Assembly (NCBI RefSeq): GCF_963921235.1
Contig: NC_086097.1
Span: forward strand, 49,788,001 to 49,852,000
Direction: 5' to 3'
DNA: 64,000 nucleotides
From: Mobula hypostoma
Lineage: Eukaryota
In this document: one piece after another, positions 23,401 through 35,560 of the stretch
Layout of the letters: every line of letters starts with the position of its first letter
Position numbering within the stretch: the first letter of the stretch is position 1
Translations under genes and position numbers: made by a program
The notes under the pieces: model-generated
Told to the model about the DNA's origin: nothing
The model's database searches: none
The model's input: the letters and a program-made list of their open reading frames with translations, nothing else

Positions 23401-25349
23401 CCTCAACATAGAGTTCAATAGTCTTAGTTATTGGCATTGGTGGTCAACAGATGGGGAATAATCCTCTTACAGGGATACATTGATCAAGTCCTTCAAAAGC
23501 CTCACTGATGATTATACCCCTGGAGCTGATGAAATAATTATAAAAGTTAATTGTAGTCCTTACCATTTATCTTGGGGTTAGTATTGATTAATAATATTTT
23601 GTTCTTTCATCTATCTGTTTTCATGCCAACAAGAATTGTCTACCCACAAACTGAATGGAATATAAATCATACAGGCAGAAGCTTTCTATACACAAAAACA
23701 TTGTGGCTACAATTTCCAACAGACTGATTCTAAACCTATTAGAATAATAGAGAAAGAGTCAATGGAATTCTTGGAGAGGAATTGATTGGAGTGGCTTCTC
23801 TAAATAATCATTACAGGTACGTAATATGAAATTTTGCTTCACATTCTGCACAAAGTTGTATGATTTTTGTAAATTACTTTGAAATACAGAAATTAGTATA
23901 ATCACTTGCACAATCTATCTCTGTAGTCATATGAACAGGAGAAACATGTTGAAACTTCGTATGTGTTATGGTGTTAGAGATTGGAGGTATTCTGGAAAAT
24001 ATAAATTTGGACAAATTGTCCAGCATGCTATCACTTGCTTCCTGTGATTCGAAATGCTGTCCAACAACATGAGTGCAAGTCCAGGTGAAGAAGGAAATGT
24101 TATCAAATTCACACAAATAGTAAAATCAGTAAGTGAAATAAAAATTAGTCTCTAGAAAGGACTGGGAACTAAGCAAAAACGAAGGTAAAATACCACAGAT
24201 GCTGGAAATCAGAAATGAAAACAGAAAATCTTGGAAGTATTCAATAAAGCGGACGGTGTCTGTGAAGAGGGAAACTTTAGAGTTTCCAGACAATGACCTT
24301 GCTGAGTGTTTTTTTTGTGATTTTTTTTGATTTTAATAATCTAACATGGTCACAAGAACCTAAGAATGGGGAGCAGGAGCATGCCAGATTTCTGGTTCAG
24401 TCCAATCAAGGATGAACTAGTACAAAAACTCCATTTTCCCACCCTACCATATATTGCATGATTCTCTTAGAGCCAAGGTCTATTGATGCAGTAGCCAAGG
24501 TTTCTGGGTGAAGAATTCCAAGGATTCTGAATAAAGAAATTTACTTCCTCTCAGTCAACCATTATCCCAAGGTGATGACTGCTAATTATTTTAGCAAAGG
24601 AGGGAGACAGATCTTGCTGAGAATTTATTTTCTGATTTAAATCAATCTATTTTCAGTGTATTTAAAATTATACTACTTGAATCCTTGGAATAATTGTTGT
24701 GATTTTTATCAACTTTGAATTCAGCGGGGATAAGAGAAGTGGGAATATTGCTCTGGATTTCCTCTGTATCAAGTGATTTTTTTTGCAGCATTAGATTGTT
24801 TCGAATGTAACATTACTCCCTTTCATGGAGGTTACTGAATTTTTTGAGTTGGTTCTGCAGAGTTGTTGAGGCTTGCTTTCATTTCAAGCTGTTGCTATGG
24901 CTACCCAAAAAGAAGCCCAAAAAGGCCAAGCTAACAGAACATGCACATAAGTTGGGCAAAGGCCATTCTACTGAGAAAGTTAATGTGGTTCCACCCATTT
25001 TATGCTCAAAAAGGTACTGTAATGTTGAGCATTGGAGTAAAAACATTAATAAAAGCATGAATATTTTATTGATTATAAGAAACAGAGAACAAATATATTG
25101 TAGAGGAACTTCATAATTATTGAATATCCACTCTTTATCACAATTTGAAACAGATGGTAGGTAACTATAACTTTGAAAGCCATGCACAAACAAATGGTGG
25201 GAGTACATATCAGGTTAGGCAGCATCTAGCATTTCAATCTGTAGACCTTTATCAGAACATGCAAAGTTAAATGAGCTTTAGAGATGAAGTTTCTGGGGGA
25301 GAAAATGGAGAGGAACAGATACCCACCCCCTCACCCACCGCAATTACTC

Positions 25350-26040
25350 AGCAACACAAAATGCTGGAGAAACTCAGTGAGTCAGGCAGCATCTATGGAA
25401 AAGAATAAACAGTCAATATTTCAGGTCAAGGTTGGAACGGAGAAGAAGCCAGAATAAGAAGGTTGGTGGAGGGGGCGGTAGAGGAGTACAAACTGGCAGG
25501 TGATAGTTAAAACCATTTGAGGGGGAAGGGGGGATAAGTCAGAATCTGGGAGAAGATGGGTAGAAGAGGTAAAGGACTGAAGAAGGAATCTGATGGGAGA
25601 GAACAGTGGACCATAAGAGAAAGGGAAGGAGAAGGGGTACCAGAGGGAGGTGATGGGCAAGTGAGGAGAAGAGAATGGGTAAGAGGGGAGCCTGAATGGG
25701 GAGGAAAAAGAGAAGGTGGAAGGGTAAAATTTAGCAGAAGTTTGAGAAATCGATGTTCATGCCATCAGGTTGCAGGCTACCTGGATGGAATATTACTCCT
25801 CCAACCTGAGTGTGGCCTCATCATGACCATAGAGGAGGAGGTGGACTGACATGTCGAAATAGGAAGTTAAATTGAAATGGGCGGCCACTGGGAAATCCTG
25901 CCTTTTGTAGCAGACAGATTGAAGTTGCTCAATGGCAATATGAAATATCAACTGTTTATTCCTTTCCATAGATGCTGACTGACCTGCTGGGTTCCTCCAT
26001 GATTTTGTGCCTTTTTCCAGCATCTGCAGAATCTTTTGCT
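25350..26040 (-). mobile_element. Penelope-like fragment with inverted pseudo-LTR end
   Basis: DFPVAAHFN..DMSVH..EATLRLEE on the minus strand; aaatgctgga..tcag at 25360 is mirrored at about 25970-26030. Confidence 0.65.
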
Positions 26041-26289
26041 TTATGATTTGCACCCCAGTTATTCTCCTTTGAAGTTAATGTTGGTTCACTCTCAAAGTTC
26101 TTTATGTAAAGTCAATCATTGAAAATGTTAATTCTGTCCCCCTCCAAAGGTATTGTCTGACCTTCTCAGTAATTATAGCACTTCTAATATTGCTGGTTGT
26201 TAACATTGCAGTATTTTACTTGTAGAACTATGCAGCGTTTGTAGTGCTAATGAAAATATGCCCTTTGAATTTGCTTGAATGTACATTTC

Positions 26290-26700
26290 TGGTGATTGTG
26301 TGCAGTTCTGATCACTGCAATACAGGATGGATGTGGAGGCTTTAGAAAAGGTGCGGAAGAGATACACCAGAATGTTGACTGGAGTAGAAAATATTGACTC
26401 TAAGGAGAGGCTGGACAAACTTGGATTGTTTCCTCTAGAATGTTATGAGGGGCATAGCAGGGGTGAGGGTCTGTCTTTTTCCCAGGATGGAACTGCCAAA
26501 TACCAGAGCATAAAGTTTGAAGGTGAGAGTGGTGAAATTTAAGAGATTTGAAGCTTCTTTGTTTACAGAGTGGTAAATGCCTGGAATGTGCTGCTAGGGG
26601 AGGTGGTGTCGGCTGATGTGTAATTTAAAGTAGGATTGTGGTCAGCACAGACATTGAGGGCAGAAGGGCCTGTTTCTGTGCTGTACTGTTCTGTTTTCTG
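26290..26700 (+). mobile_element. CR1 LINE 3' fragment
   Basis: VQFWS..DVEALEKVRKRYTRML..ERLDKLGLFPLE; CR1-like 3' end (ctgtactgttct). Confidence 0.75.
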
Positions 26701-26944
26701 TGTCCTTGAGTCCTAAATCTCAGTCAGTTCAGGCAAATTTTAATTCTGAAAGTTATTTTCTTTTTAGGAAATCAACTACCAACACATTTAAGTATTGCAG
26801 AGATCAGCAATAGGGGCTGATATTTTTATAATTTATGTAAATGCCTGAAATGAAGGTTTCAGGGAATGGTTGCTGGACACCCTAGGAGGTTATAAAATAA
26901 ATTAGGAAAGTAAATTGTAAAGAGGTGATGAAGATGCAGAATCA

Positions 26945-27525
26945 GAGTTCAAAGTAAATTTATCAAAGTAATGTAAGTCACCATGTACAACACAGATTCA
27001 TTTTCTTGTGGGCAATCACTGTAAATACATGAGGTACAATAGAATGAATGAAAGACCACATCTAACAGTATGGACAAACAACCAATGTGCAAAAGAAAAA
27101 CAAACCGTGCAAATGCGAAAAAAGAGAGGGGGTGGAGAAAGAAATAAGCAATAAATATCGAGACCATGCAATGAAGAGTCCTTGAAAGTGAGTCCAGTTC
27201 AGTGAGGGGGCAAGTGAAGTTGAGTGATGTTATCCCCTCTGGTTCAAGAGCTTGATGGTTGAAGGGTAACAACTGTTTCTGACCCTGGTGGTGCGGGTCT
27301 CTATCTCCTTCCTGATGTCAGCAGTGAATGAGGGGATGACCTGGGTGGGTGGTAGTGGTTCTTGATGATGAATGCTGCTTTCCTGCAATGTTGCTCAGTA
27401 TAGATGAGCTCAATAGTGGAGAGGGCTTTGCCTGTGATGTACTCGGCCATGTCCACTACTTTTTGTAGGCTTTTCTGTACAAAGGCATTGGTTTTCCCAT
27501 ACCAGGCTGTGATGCAACCAGTCAA
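26945..27525 (-). mobile_element. Rex1/Babar-type LINE 3' fragment
   Basis: LTGCITAWYG..LQKVVD..ITGKALSTIE. Confidence 0.75.
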
Positions 27526-27869
27526 GTGTATCAAGTATTATAGATAGGTTAAGAGTGAACCCATCTGGCAAATGGAGAATAATGTGGAAAATGTGAAATT
27601 GATTGCAAGGTTGTGTGAATGCAGAATCTTGCAATGCAGAGGAATCCTGGTGTCCTGGTGCTTTGTTCACACAAAGCTGGTATGCAGATACAGCAAGCCA
27701 TTGGAAAGTACGCAGAACATTATTGCTTTTTAGTCTGGGAATCATCTACAAAAATAGGGAAGTTGCACTCCAGTTGGATAAGATATTGGTGTGACCACAT
27801 ATGGAAAATAATGGTTTTATACGAGGAAAGCTGCTAACACTTCTGTTGAAATTCAGAGTTTTTTTTTAA

Positions 27870-28800
27870 AAAAAAAGCAAATGACTGGAGTTACTCAATG
27901 GGTCAAGCAGCACTGCTGGAAGCAAAGGGAGTTTGAAGTAAAGGAAAAGCTGACATTTTGTGTCAGGACCCTGCATCAGGGCTGAGAGTGTGGAGGGAAG
28001 ATAGCCAGCATAAAGAGGTGAGAAGGAGGGATGATGGCAGACAAGGAAAACCATGTGACCTGGTGAATGATGGGTAAATGAAGCCAGGTTTTGTGGAGGG
28101 GGTAGAGGGGAAGTCTGAGAGGTTAATGATGGGTGGGAATAAATAAGAAATGAATATAAATTAAATATAAATTGGGTTGCTGGGGAAAGGAAAGTAGTAA
28201 TAGCCCAGAAGGGAATCTGGAACCAGGTAAGGAAGGGATAATGAACAGTTGGAACTAGATGAGGGAGGGGAAAGTAACAAATCTAGGTTACAATGGGGGG
28301 GGGGGGTTAAGGTGAACAAAGGAGAAAAAGCCTAGGTGGATTGGCAGTGGTGAGAAAGGATGTGTGGGTTACCTGAAATGGAGAAATTCAATATTCATAC
28401 CATCAGGTTCTTGGTATCCTGTGTAGAATACAAGGCATTCTGTTTGTATTTGACTTCATCCCCTGCCTTCTCCATTGTCACAATAGATAGGATTGTGTGG
28501 GAGTGGCAGGTAAAGCTGAAATTATGTTCCATTGCAGGCTTAGGATGACTGTTGAGGACAAAACACAAGTGCTCTGCAAAACAGTCACCTAATCTGTCCA
28601 GGGGTTACAAACCTTGAGTCAATGCTTAATAGTATTGGTATATACCATGGTATAAAAAAAGGTTGGGAATCCCTGGTCTAATTGATGCAAAAGAGACAAC
28701 ACTGAGAGCACCAAATGCAATGGATGAAGATGGAGGAGAAGGATGTGAATAGCTTCACCTAGAAGGGCAGTTTAGTTCCTTGGAGGGTATTATGGGAGGA
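27870..28800 (-). mobile_element. Old Penelope-like element remnant
   Basis: Pseudo-LTR-like start, purine-rich tract and degenerate GIY-YIG region. Confidence 0.45.
28599..28675. mobile_element. Small hAT-type MITE (77 bp)
   Basis: Terminal inverted repeats CAGGGGTTACAAACCTT ... AAGGTTGGGAATCCCTG; target-site duplication not preserved. Confidence 0.6.
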
Positions 28801-28809
28801 GGCTTGAAC

Positions 28810-30050
28810 CTGGAATGGGCTAATTGCCTAATGAGAAAAGATTGGACAAGCTTGGCTTGTATCTGTTGAAATTTAGAGGCAATTTGATTCAAATATCAAA
28901 GTTCCTGAATTATGTTGACAAGATGGATGTGGGGAGGATGTTTCCTCATGGGAGAATCTAAAATTGGGGGTAACTGAAGATAAGGGGTTGTCCAATTAGG
29001 GCAAAGTAATTGTATTTTCCCCTTAGAGGATCATGAATCTTTGGAACACTTAAAAATGCAAAGGAAGCATTCTTTCAGTATTTTTAAGGCAGCAATTGGT
29101 AAAAGGATTAGGGTGGAAGACTACCACTGGATAACGGGAATGTGCATTTGTGTTTATAATCAGATCAGCATGATCTTATTAAAGAGCATAGCAAGCTCAA
29201 GGGGTTTAGTGGTCTAATTTGGCTCATTTATCTGTTCATGTGTGGGAGGTATGATATCTGTAGTCGTGGCCCTATAGTTTTAATCTCCCCTAAGGCTGTC
29301 TGTACTCTTTACTTACTAGCACATTGTTGCCAAGAATATCTAGGCAAGTGGAAACTTTATGCAAGCACTCATGCGGCAACACTACCCAATATCACACTGC
29401 CAATTCACACTTAATGCAACAAGGTCTACTGGTTTAGAAAAATACATCAATTTGAAGAAACAATATATGGACATCATGCAATATCTGACTTTGTTCATGC
29501 ATTTTATTTCTCTTACTCCAAAGGTTGTGCCCACATTCTTGCAGTGAGTTATAATGTTTACCAGCTGAGAAGTGGGGAGGAGAGATATCAATAAGGTTGA
29601 AAGAGTGCAGAAAAAAATTTACAAGGATGTTGCTGCAACTTGAGGACCTGAGTTATAGAGAGAGGTTGAATAGGCTAGTACTTTATTCCCTAGAGCATAT
29701 AAGAAGGAGGGGAGATTTGAAGGAAGAATAGAAAATTGAGGGGTATAGATAAGGTAAATGCAAGCATGCTTTTTTCCACTGAGGTTGGGTAAGACCAGAA
29801 CTATAAGTTGTGTGTTAAGGATGAAAGGTGAAATAATTAAGGGGAACATGAGGGGTAACTTCATTCAGAGGATGGTTGAGAGTGCAGAACAGACTGCCGG
29901 CAAAAGTGGTGGATGCAGGTTCGATTTCAATATTTAAGAGAAATTTGGATAGGTACATGGTTGGGAGGATAATGGTCTGGGTACAGGTTGATGGGGCTAT
30001 GAAAATAGTTTGGAAACTAGATGGGCCAAATGGCTTGTTTCTGTGCTAAG
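28810..30050 (+). mobile_element. Two CR1 LINE 3' fragments (about 28810-29240 and 29565-30050)
   Basis: ERL..LGL/RGDL-type coding remnants and CR1 3' UTR ends. Confidence 0.7.
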
Positions 30051-30156
30051 AGTCATAGAATATTGAGAGGAACTAAAGCAGTAAAATTCCGCAATGTTGT
30101 ATTCTCACTGGAAATGCAATAAAATAACATTGAGCCCAGAACTATGAGGATATAAA

Positions 30157-30348
30157 CACAAACAAGCGAAAATCTGCAGGTGCTGGAAATCCAAGCAACA
30201 TGCACAAAATGCTGGAGGAACTCAGCCGACCAGCCAGCATCTATGAGGGGAAAAAAGTACAGTCGAATTTTCGGGCTGAGACCCTTCAGCTGGCCTGCTG
30301 AATGCCACCTGCCCTGCTGAGTTCCTCCAGCATTTTGTGTGTGTTGCT
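30157..30348. repeat. Second palindromic Penelope pseudo-LTR-derived element
   Basis: agcaacatgcacaaaatgctggaggaactcagc ... gctgagttcctccagcattttgtgtgtgttgct. Confidence 0.7.
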
Positions 30349-32607
30349 GTGAGGATGTAAACTCAGGTAAGTTTATAATATAAACCTTGATGTGATCTTC
30401 AGCAGGTGGGTCAGGACTTTTTAACCTACTGTGTAAAATTTTAGTGCTAATGGCTTCATCAATTGACCGTGATTGGAAAATGCATTAAAGAGACATTTGC
30501 CTACAAGCATTCAATTCATTAAGATCAGTACACGATTATGAGCAACAAATTTTCAATTTTAATTTATCTCTCTATCCTCTTTATCTATTTGTTTCAGATG
30601 AAGTGACCAGTATGGAAGTGTTTATTTTATTACTTTAGCAAGACAATTAGAGGAAGAGGATTGGGGCCTCTGAACCATGACAAACATTAGCTGTGACTAA
30701 GTGGTAATCAAGATTAGGGTAATTACATAGCTGATAAATAAATTATGAGTAATGGACACTGTCACTGAGCATGTGATATAAATGGTTTTCTCTGTAGTCT
30801 ATTGTGTAGCTGAACGTGAACTCAAAATGCAGAAAAACAGATACGAGGTTGAAATTTGCTCTTTATTAATGTGTGACTTAAAATCTAAAGTTCTCTGGCA
30901 GGATGGTCTTCCATGTTTGGAAATGTGTGTAGGTAGGCCCATTTGGAGTCGACAAGTACTTTGGGGAAAAGAGTATGAGATTCAGAAGGCATGAGGGTTA
31001 AAGGATTTAAAGGAGAAGGAACAATGGTAAATTCTGAAGGTCACTGCAAGATCCAAAAGAAAGAGGAGTGCACTCTGCAGCAGAATTGTGAAACACGAGG
31101 CAGGAAGTGTTCTTGGCTGAAAGAAAGAGAGCAGTCAAACCAGTTTGAAGGAGTGGTTTGCAACTGGTGAAGGTTACCTTAAACTTTATTCCAGTTCCTG
31201 AAATTTTATCTGGGATAAAATTTATCAGCCGTAATTTTATAAACCTTTTCCACATAATTAATGTCTGAGTACCATGAGGGCCCTGATTGTCAGAGCTAGT
31301 CAGACAACATTCCATTCTACTACCATTGACAAAAGGTTCCTCATTAAAATCAATGCAAGTAGATTAAGGTCACTTTATTGGACTCAGTTACTTAGTTTAG
31401 TAATACAAGAGTTGATTCTTTCTTGCATGGTTTTTGATACGTGGAGAATAGTAATGTAACAGAGTTCACATGCCCTTTCTTGAGGGATATTGTTAGGATA
31501 ATATAAAGGGAGTACTATTCTGCCGTTGCTTCTTCTATATGCATCTAATCCACCCTTTGCCCTTAACCAGTGAAACAAAGATGTTAACCTTTGCATTGGT
31601 GGGCATAACAGTATTGATTCACAGTGAATGGTGATTACAGGATTGACAGTGACACAGTTGCGCCTTCTGTGGTACCATTCATCTACTAACTGATACTGAC
31701 AACAAAAGATCCTGAAATTTGATCTCCTTGACCTTGATGAATTGATTTTGTCATTTTATAATCAACTGCACGTGGACCACAATGATACAATAAAATGTGT
31801 GGATTGGTGACGAATGCACCAAGGTGAATATTTTGTGAGGAAAGTTTAAAAATGTACTTATTTAATGTATTGCCTTTACATAAACTATACTTTGTTTATT
31901 GTTTAAAAATTAGATAAAAAGGTTACATTTAGTTATATTTAGTTGGGTTTGTATTAAAATTGATTGCAACATTTAAGAGCAATTAACAATTTGGTTGAAT
32001 AATTTTAAAACTGTGTATGATCCTTCAATAGTAAATTCGTATAGCATGTTAGCACAATAGTTATCATTGCTACTTCACAAGCCCAGAGTCTCAGGATTGA
32101 TTCTGAATTTGAGGGCTGCTGGGATTTGCACATTGACTCTGTGCTCCAATGTTATTTTTATGTTCTTTGAATTCATCAAATTGTTGATAGAATATTCAAT
32201 AATTTGTCCAAAATAATTTGAAAATTAATCCATTGGACATTTTAAAATGTAAAGTTCTGAAAGCTATAGGTTATAGATTATGGGTTTTAGTTCTAATTGT
32301 ATTATGATAACATTCATTTTAATGCCAGCAGAGTATTGGTTCTACGACAGAGAACCACACGTTTGTGATGTACTGAATTCTAGAAAGATCTCAAGAGACT
32401 ATTGATTCAATTTGTTATTTTAAGTATGCTTTCATTTAGCTTTCTAATCATTGCTAGGTAGAAATGAATATCATGCTACCCCTAGTTCACCAGGTTCTGG
32501 TACCTGTTATGTTTTGTAACTTAAACATTAAACTAATGCAAAGAAAGGCACAGGTGTCTGGGAATGTGGATCTAACCTTGTGTTTACTTTAAACAAGGTG
32601 CACACAT

Positions 32608-33336
32608 ATTAGATTAGATTCAACTTTATCTGTACTCGGCACAATGACAATACAAAACCAATGAAATGCAGTTAGCATCTGACCAGAAATGCAAAGAATA
32701 GTGTTATTTACAAAATAACTGAATAAAAAGCAAGTGCTACAGCACACAAATATAAAAGTACTGAGACAGTACAATATGGGTGCAATACTGCTTAGCACTG
32801 TGATGTGAGGTTCAGCAGGGTCACAACCTCAGGGAAGAAGCTCTTTCTGTGCCTGCTGGTGCGGGAGCAGAGGCTCCTGTAGCGCCTACCATATGGGAAG
32901 AGAGTTAAAAAGTCATTGGTTAGGGTGAGATGTGTCCTTGATAATGCTTTTCACCCTGCCCAGGCGTTTATGGTTGATGTTCTAAATGGTGGGTAATTGG
33001 GTGTCGATAATCCGCTGGGCAGTTTTCACTACACGCTGGAGTACTTTGTGGTCTGATACGGCACAATTGTCATACCACACTGAGGTGCAGTTAGTATGCT
33101 GTCAATGGTACAGCGGTAAAAGTCCATCAGTATCCTGGGACAGAGGTGGGCTTTCTTGATGCTTCGCAGGAAATAAAGGCGCTGTTGTGCCTTTTTGATC
33201 AGGATGGAGGAGTTCAGGGACCAGGTGAGATTCTCGGAAATGTGGACACCAAGGAATTTGAGGCTTGATACACGCTTCACTACAGCTCTGTTGATGTAGA
33301 TGGGGACGTGAGTGTGGCTCCCAGCATGCCTGAAGT
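32608..33336 (-). mobile_element. Rex1/Babar LINE 3' fragment inserted in the Gypsy LTR
   Basis: KRVSSLKFLGVHISENLTWS..KKAQQRLYFLR..FYRCTIDSILT; (AATCT)n tail. Confidence 0.85.
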
Positions 33337-34425
33337 TAAGGGCCAAGTTGTTATCACATGATAGTGTGATAATGTATGCAATTCATGTATTTATACATAT
33401 AACCCATACTGAATTATTTACATAAACAATGAATCAAACTATATACAGAAACATTACTTAAATATTAAACATACAACACTCCTCCCTGCTTAGTTATAAA
33501 CTCCAACTCAATATAGAATGCATTTCAACTCTATACACAATATACTATATAATACAGCTGCTATACAGACATAGTAAGTTTTTCAATTGTTCCATTTAGG
33601 CTTAAGGATTTGATCACTGGAGGATTTCTTACTCTTATGGGATGAGGTCTTTTCTGACAAGGAAGATTACTCTACTTGGCAGATAAAGCTTGTGGCTGTG
33701 AAACAATCTCAGGTTCTGGGGCCTCCATGGTGGTTGCAGGACTTGACTCAGACTGTAGGAAATCGTTGATAGCGGGAGCCAGCTTTCTTTTACAACTGAC
33801 TCTCCTCTCCTCAACTGATCAATGTGAGTTCTCCAGATGATACCAGATGCACCTCCACTGTGTAGGTCCAGTTCTGTCCTTAATCCTTCTGGGTACCTAC
33901 TTTTGATCACTTCTGTAGTCCCTCATCAGGACTGCTTGGCTAGGAGCAAGACATCAAACCTCTTTGAGGAGCCTTCAATTTTTCTCAGCTGTTTGTCCTT
34001 CATTTGCCCTCCTGTGATTGGGTTTGAGGAGATCCAAGCGTAAACGCAAGGGATGAGCCAGGAACTGCACAGCTGGTGAGTTGTTGGTCGTGGAGTGTGT
34101 GGCATTGTGATAAGCAAGGAGGAAACTGGTGAGTTTCTGGTTCAGTGTTAGGGTTGGGTGTTCTGCTGACATTGCTTGCAGTACATTCCTTAGACTCTGG
34201 ACGAACCTTTCCAAGCTATTTGTAGCTGGGTAGTATGGTGCAGATGTAATATATCATGTTCCATTGTTTTTAGGAATGATTCAAACTGTGGTCCATTGTC
34301 ACTGACTAAGTGTTCTGGAACACCGGTCCTTGCAAAAAGGCCCTCAACACATCAACAGCGGGCAAGGCCGTAGTGGCGGCTATTGGGCACACTTCTGGCC
34401 ATTGTGTAGTTGCATCCATTATTAC

Positions 34426-34748
34426 AATAGGACCAGAAGGCACAGGAGCAGGATGAGGCCATTTGGCCCATTGAGTTTGTTCCACCAAGCTGATTTATTA
34501 TCCCCCTCAACCCTGTTCTCCTACCTTCTCCTGGTAACCTTTAATGCCCTGCCTAATCAAGAGCCTATCAACCTCTGCTTTAAATATACCCAATAACTTG
34601 GCCTCCACAGTGGTCTGTGGCAATGAATTCCACAGATTCATCGCACTGTGGCTAAAGAAACTCCTCCTGAACTCTGTTCTGAAAGGATGTCCTTGTATTC
34701 TGAGACTGTGGCCTCTAGTCTTAGACTCCTCCAAAATAGGAAATAATC
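34426..34748 (-). mobile_element. CR1 LINE 3' end abutting the Gypsy integrase break
   Basis: FPILEESKTRGHSLRI..NLWNSLPQ..FKAEVDR plus a degenerate 8-mer tail. Confidence 0.85.
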
Positions 34749-35089
34749 GTGTCTTCCCCACCTCACCCACCAACATTTCCGTCCCACTTCTCCCAAATTT
34801 TCTCTGCTGGTTATTCAGGAAGGCTGTCACTCACCAGAAGAGATGAGCAGGAACAGAGGTGAAAGGTGTAATCACGGAGTCCTATCTTGTCTCCATCAGC
34901 CCCATGCATGGGACTCCACAAAGGATATCAAGAACCTAATCTCCCCCTCCTGTCCATAATTAAAAAGAGGGTCTAAACCTGAAGAGCTCTGGAAAGAAGA
35001 TGAATCACTAACTCAAGGGCAACCAGGGACTGGTAATAAAAGGCAGTGGCACCCATATCTGGAAAGGAGGGTTGGGTTAAGGTCTTTAT

Positions 35090-35560
35090 TCAAACAGTTC
35101 CTTAAGGTTGTTAGAGCCTGGAGGAGGTAGCGGGGTAGGCTCCCACTACTTATTAAATGTCTTCAATGGTGGGTGTCTCTGATGCCAAATCCAGCTCCTA
35201 GTCTTCACGTGTGGCTTAGCTATTAAGCCCAGTGGAACCCTTTCTACTATCAGGAGAAGGGGCGAAGGCAGATTCATGTCACCTTAAAACCAAGTCACTT
35301 TGGGCTGATGGGGCTCATCAGCTGTGGTTGGAGGCTCATCTAGAAGATTGAAAATTTTGATCTCAAATCTCAGCTGCCTTGTAGCTATACCCACTCATGT
35401 GGAAGGCTTCAGGAGTAAACCCTGAAGAAAAATCCAAAGCTGGAGTCTTTAAGGCAGTCCTACTTTGTTCAAAGTTGACTGGCAACTCCTGCTGTTCCTT
35501 TGCATTCATCGGCTGAGTGGAGGGGGAGCCTGCTATAAGGGCCTTAATTGGCCATACATA
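35090..35560 (+). mobile_element. RTE-like LINE 5'-region-derived repeat
   Basis: cgtgtggcttagcta..caggagaagggg..tttgatctcaaa..ggagtaaaccc..gctggagtc resembles recalled RTE 5' leaders; no ORF. Confidence 0.35.

Noticed and set aside
24844..25116. Basic NLS-like ORF (PKKKPKKAK)
   Set aside because: Short, non-ATG start, A-rich composition and no recognised homology.
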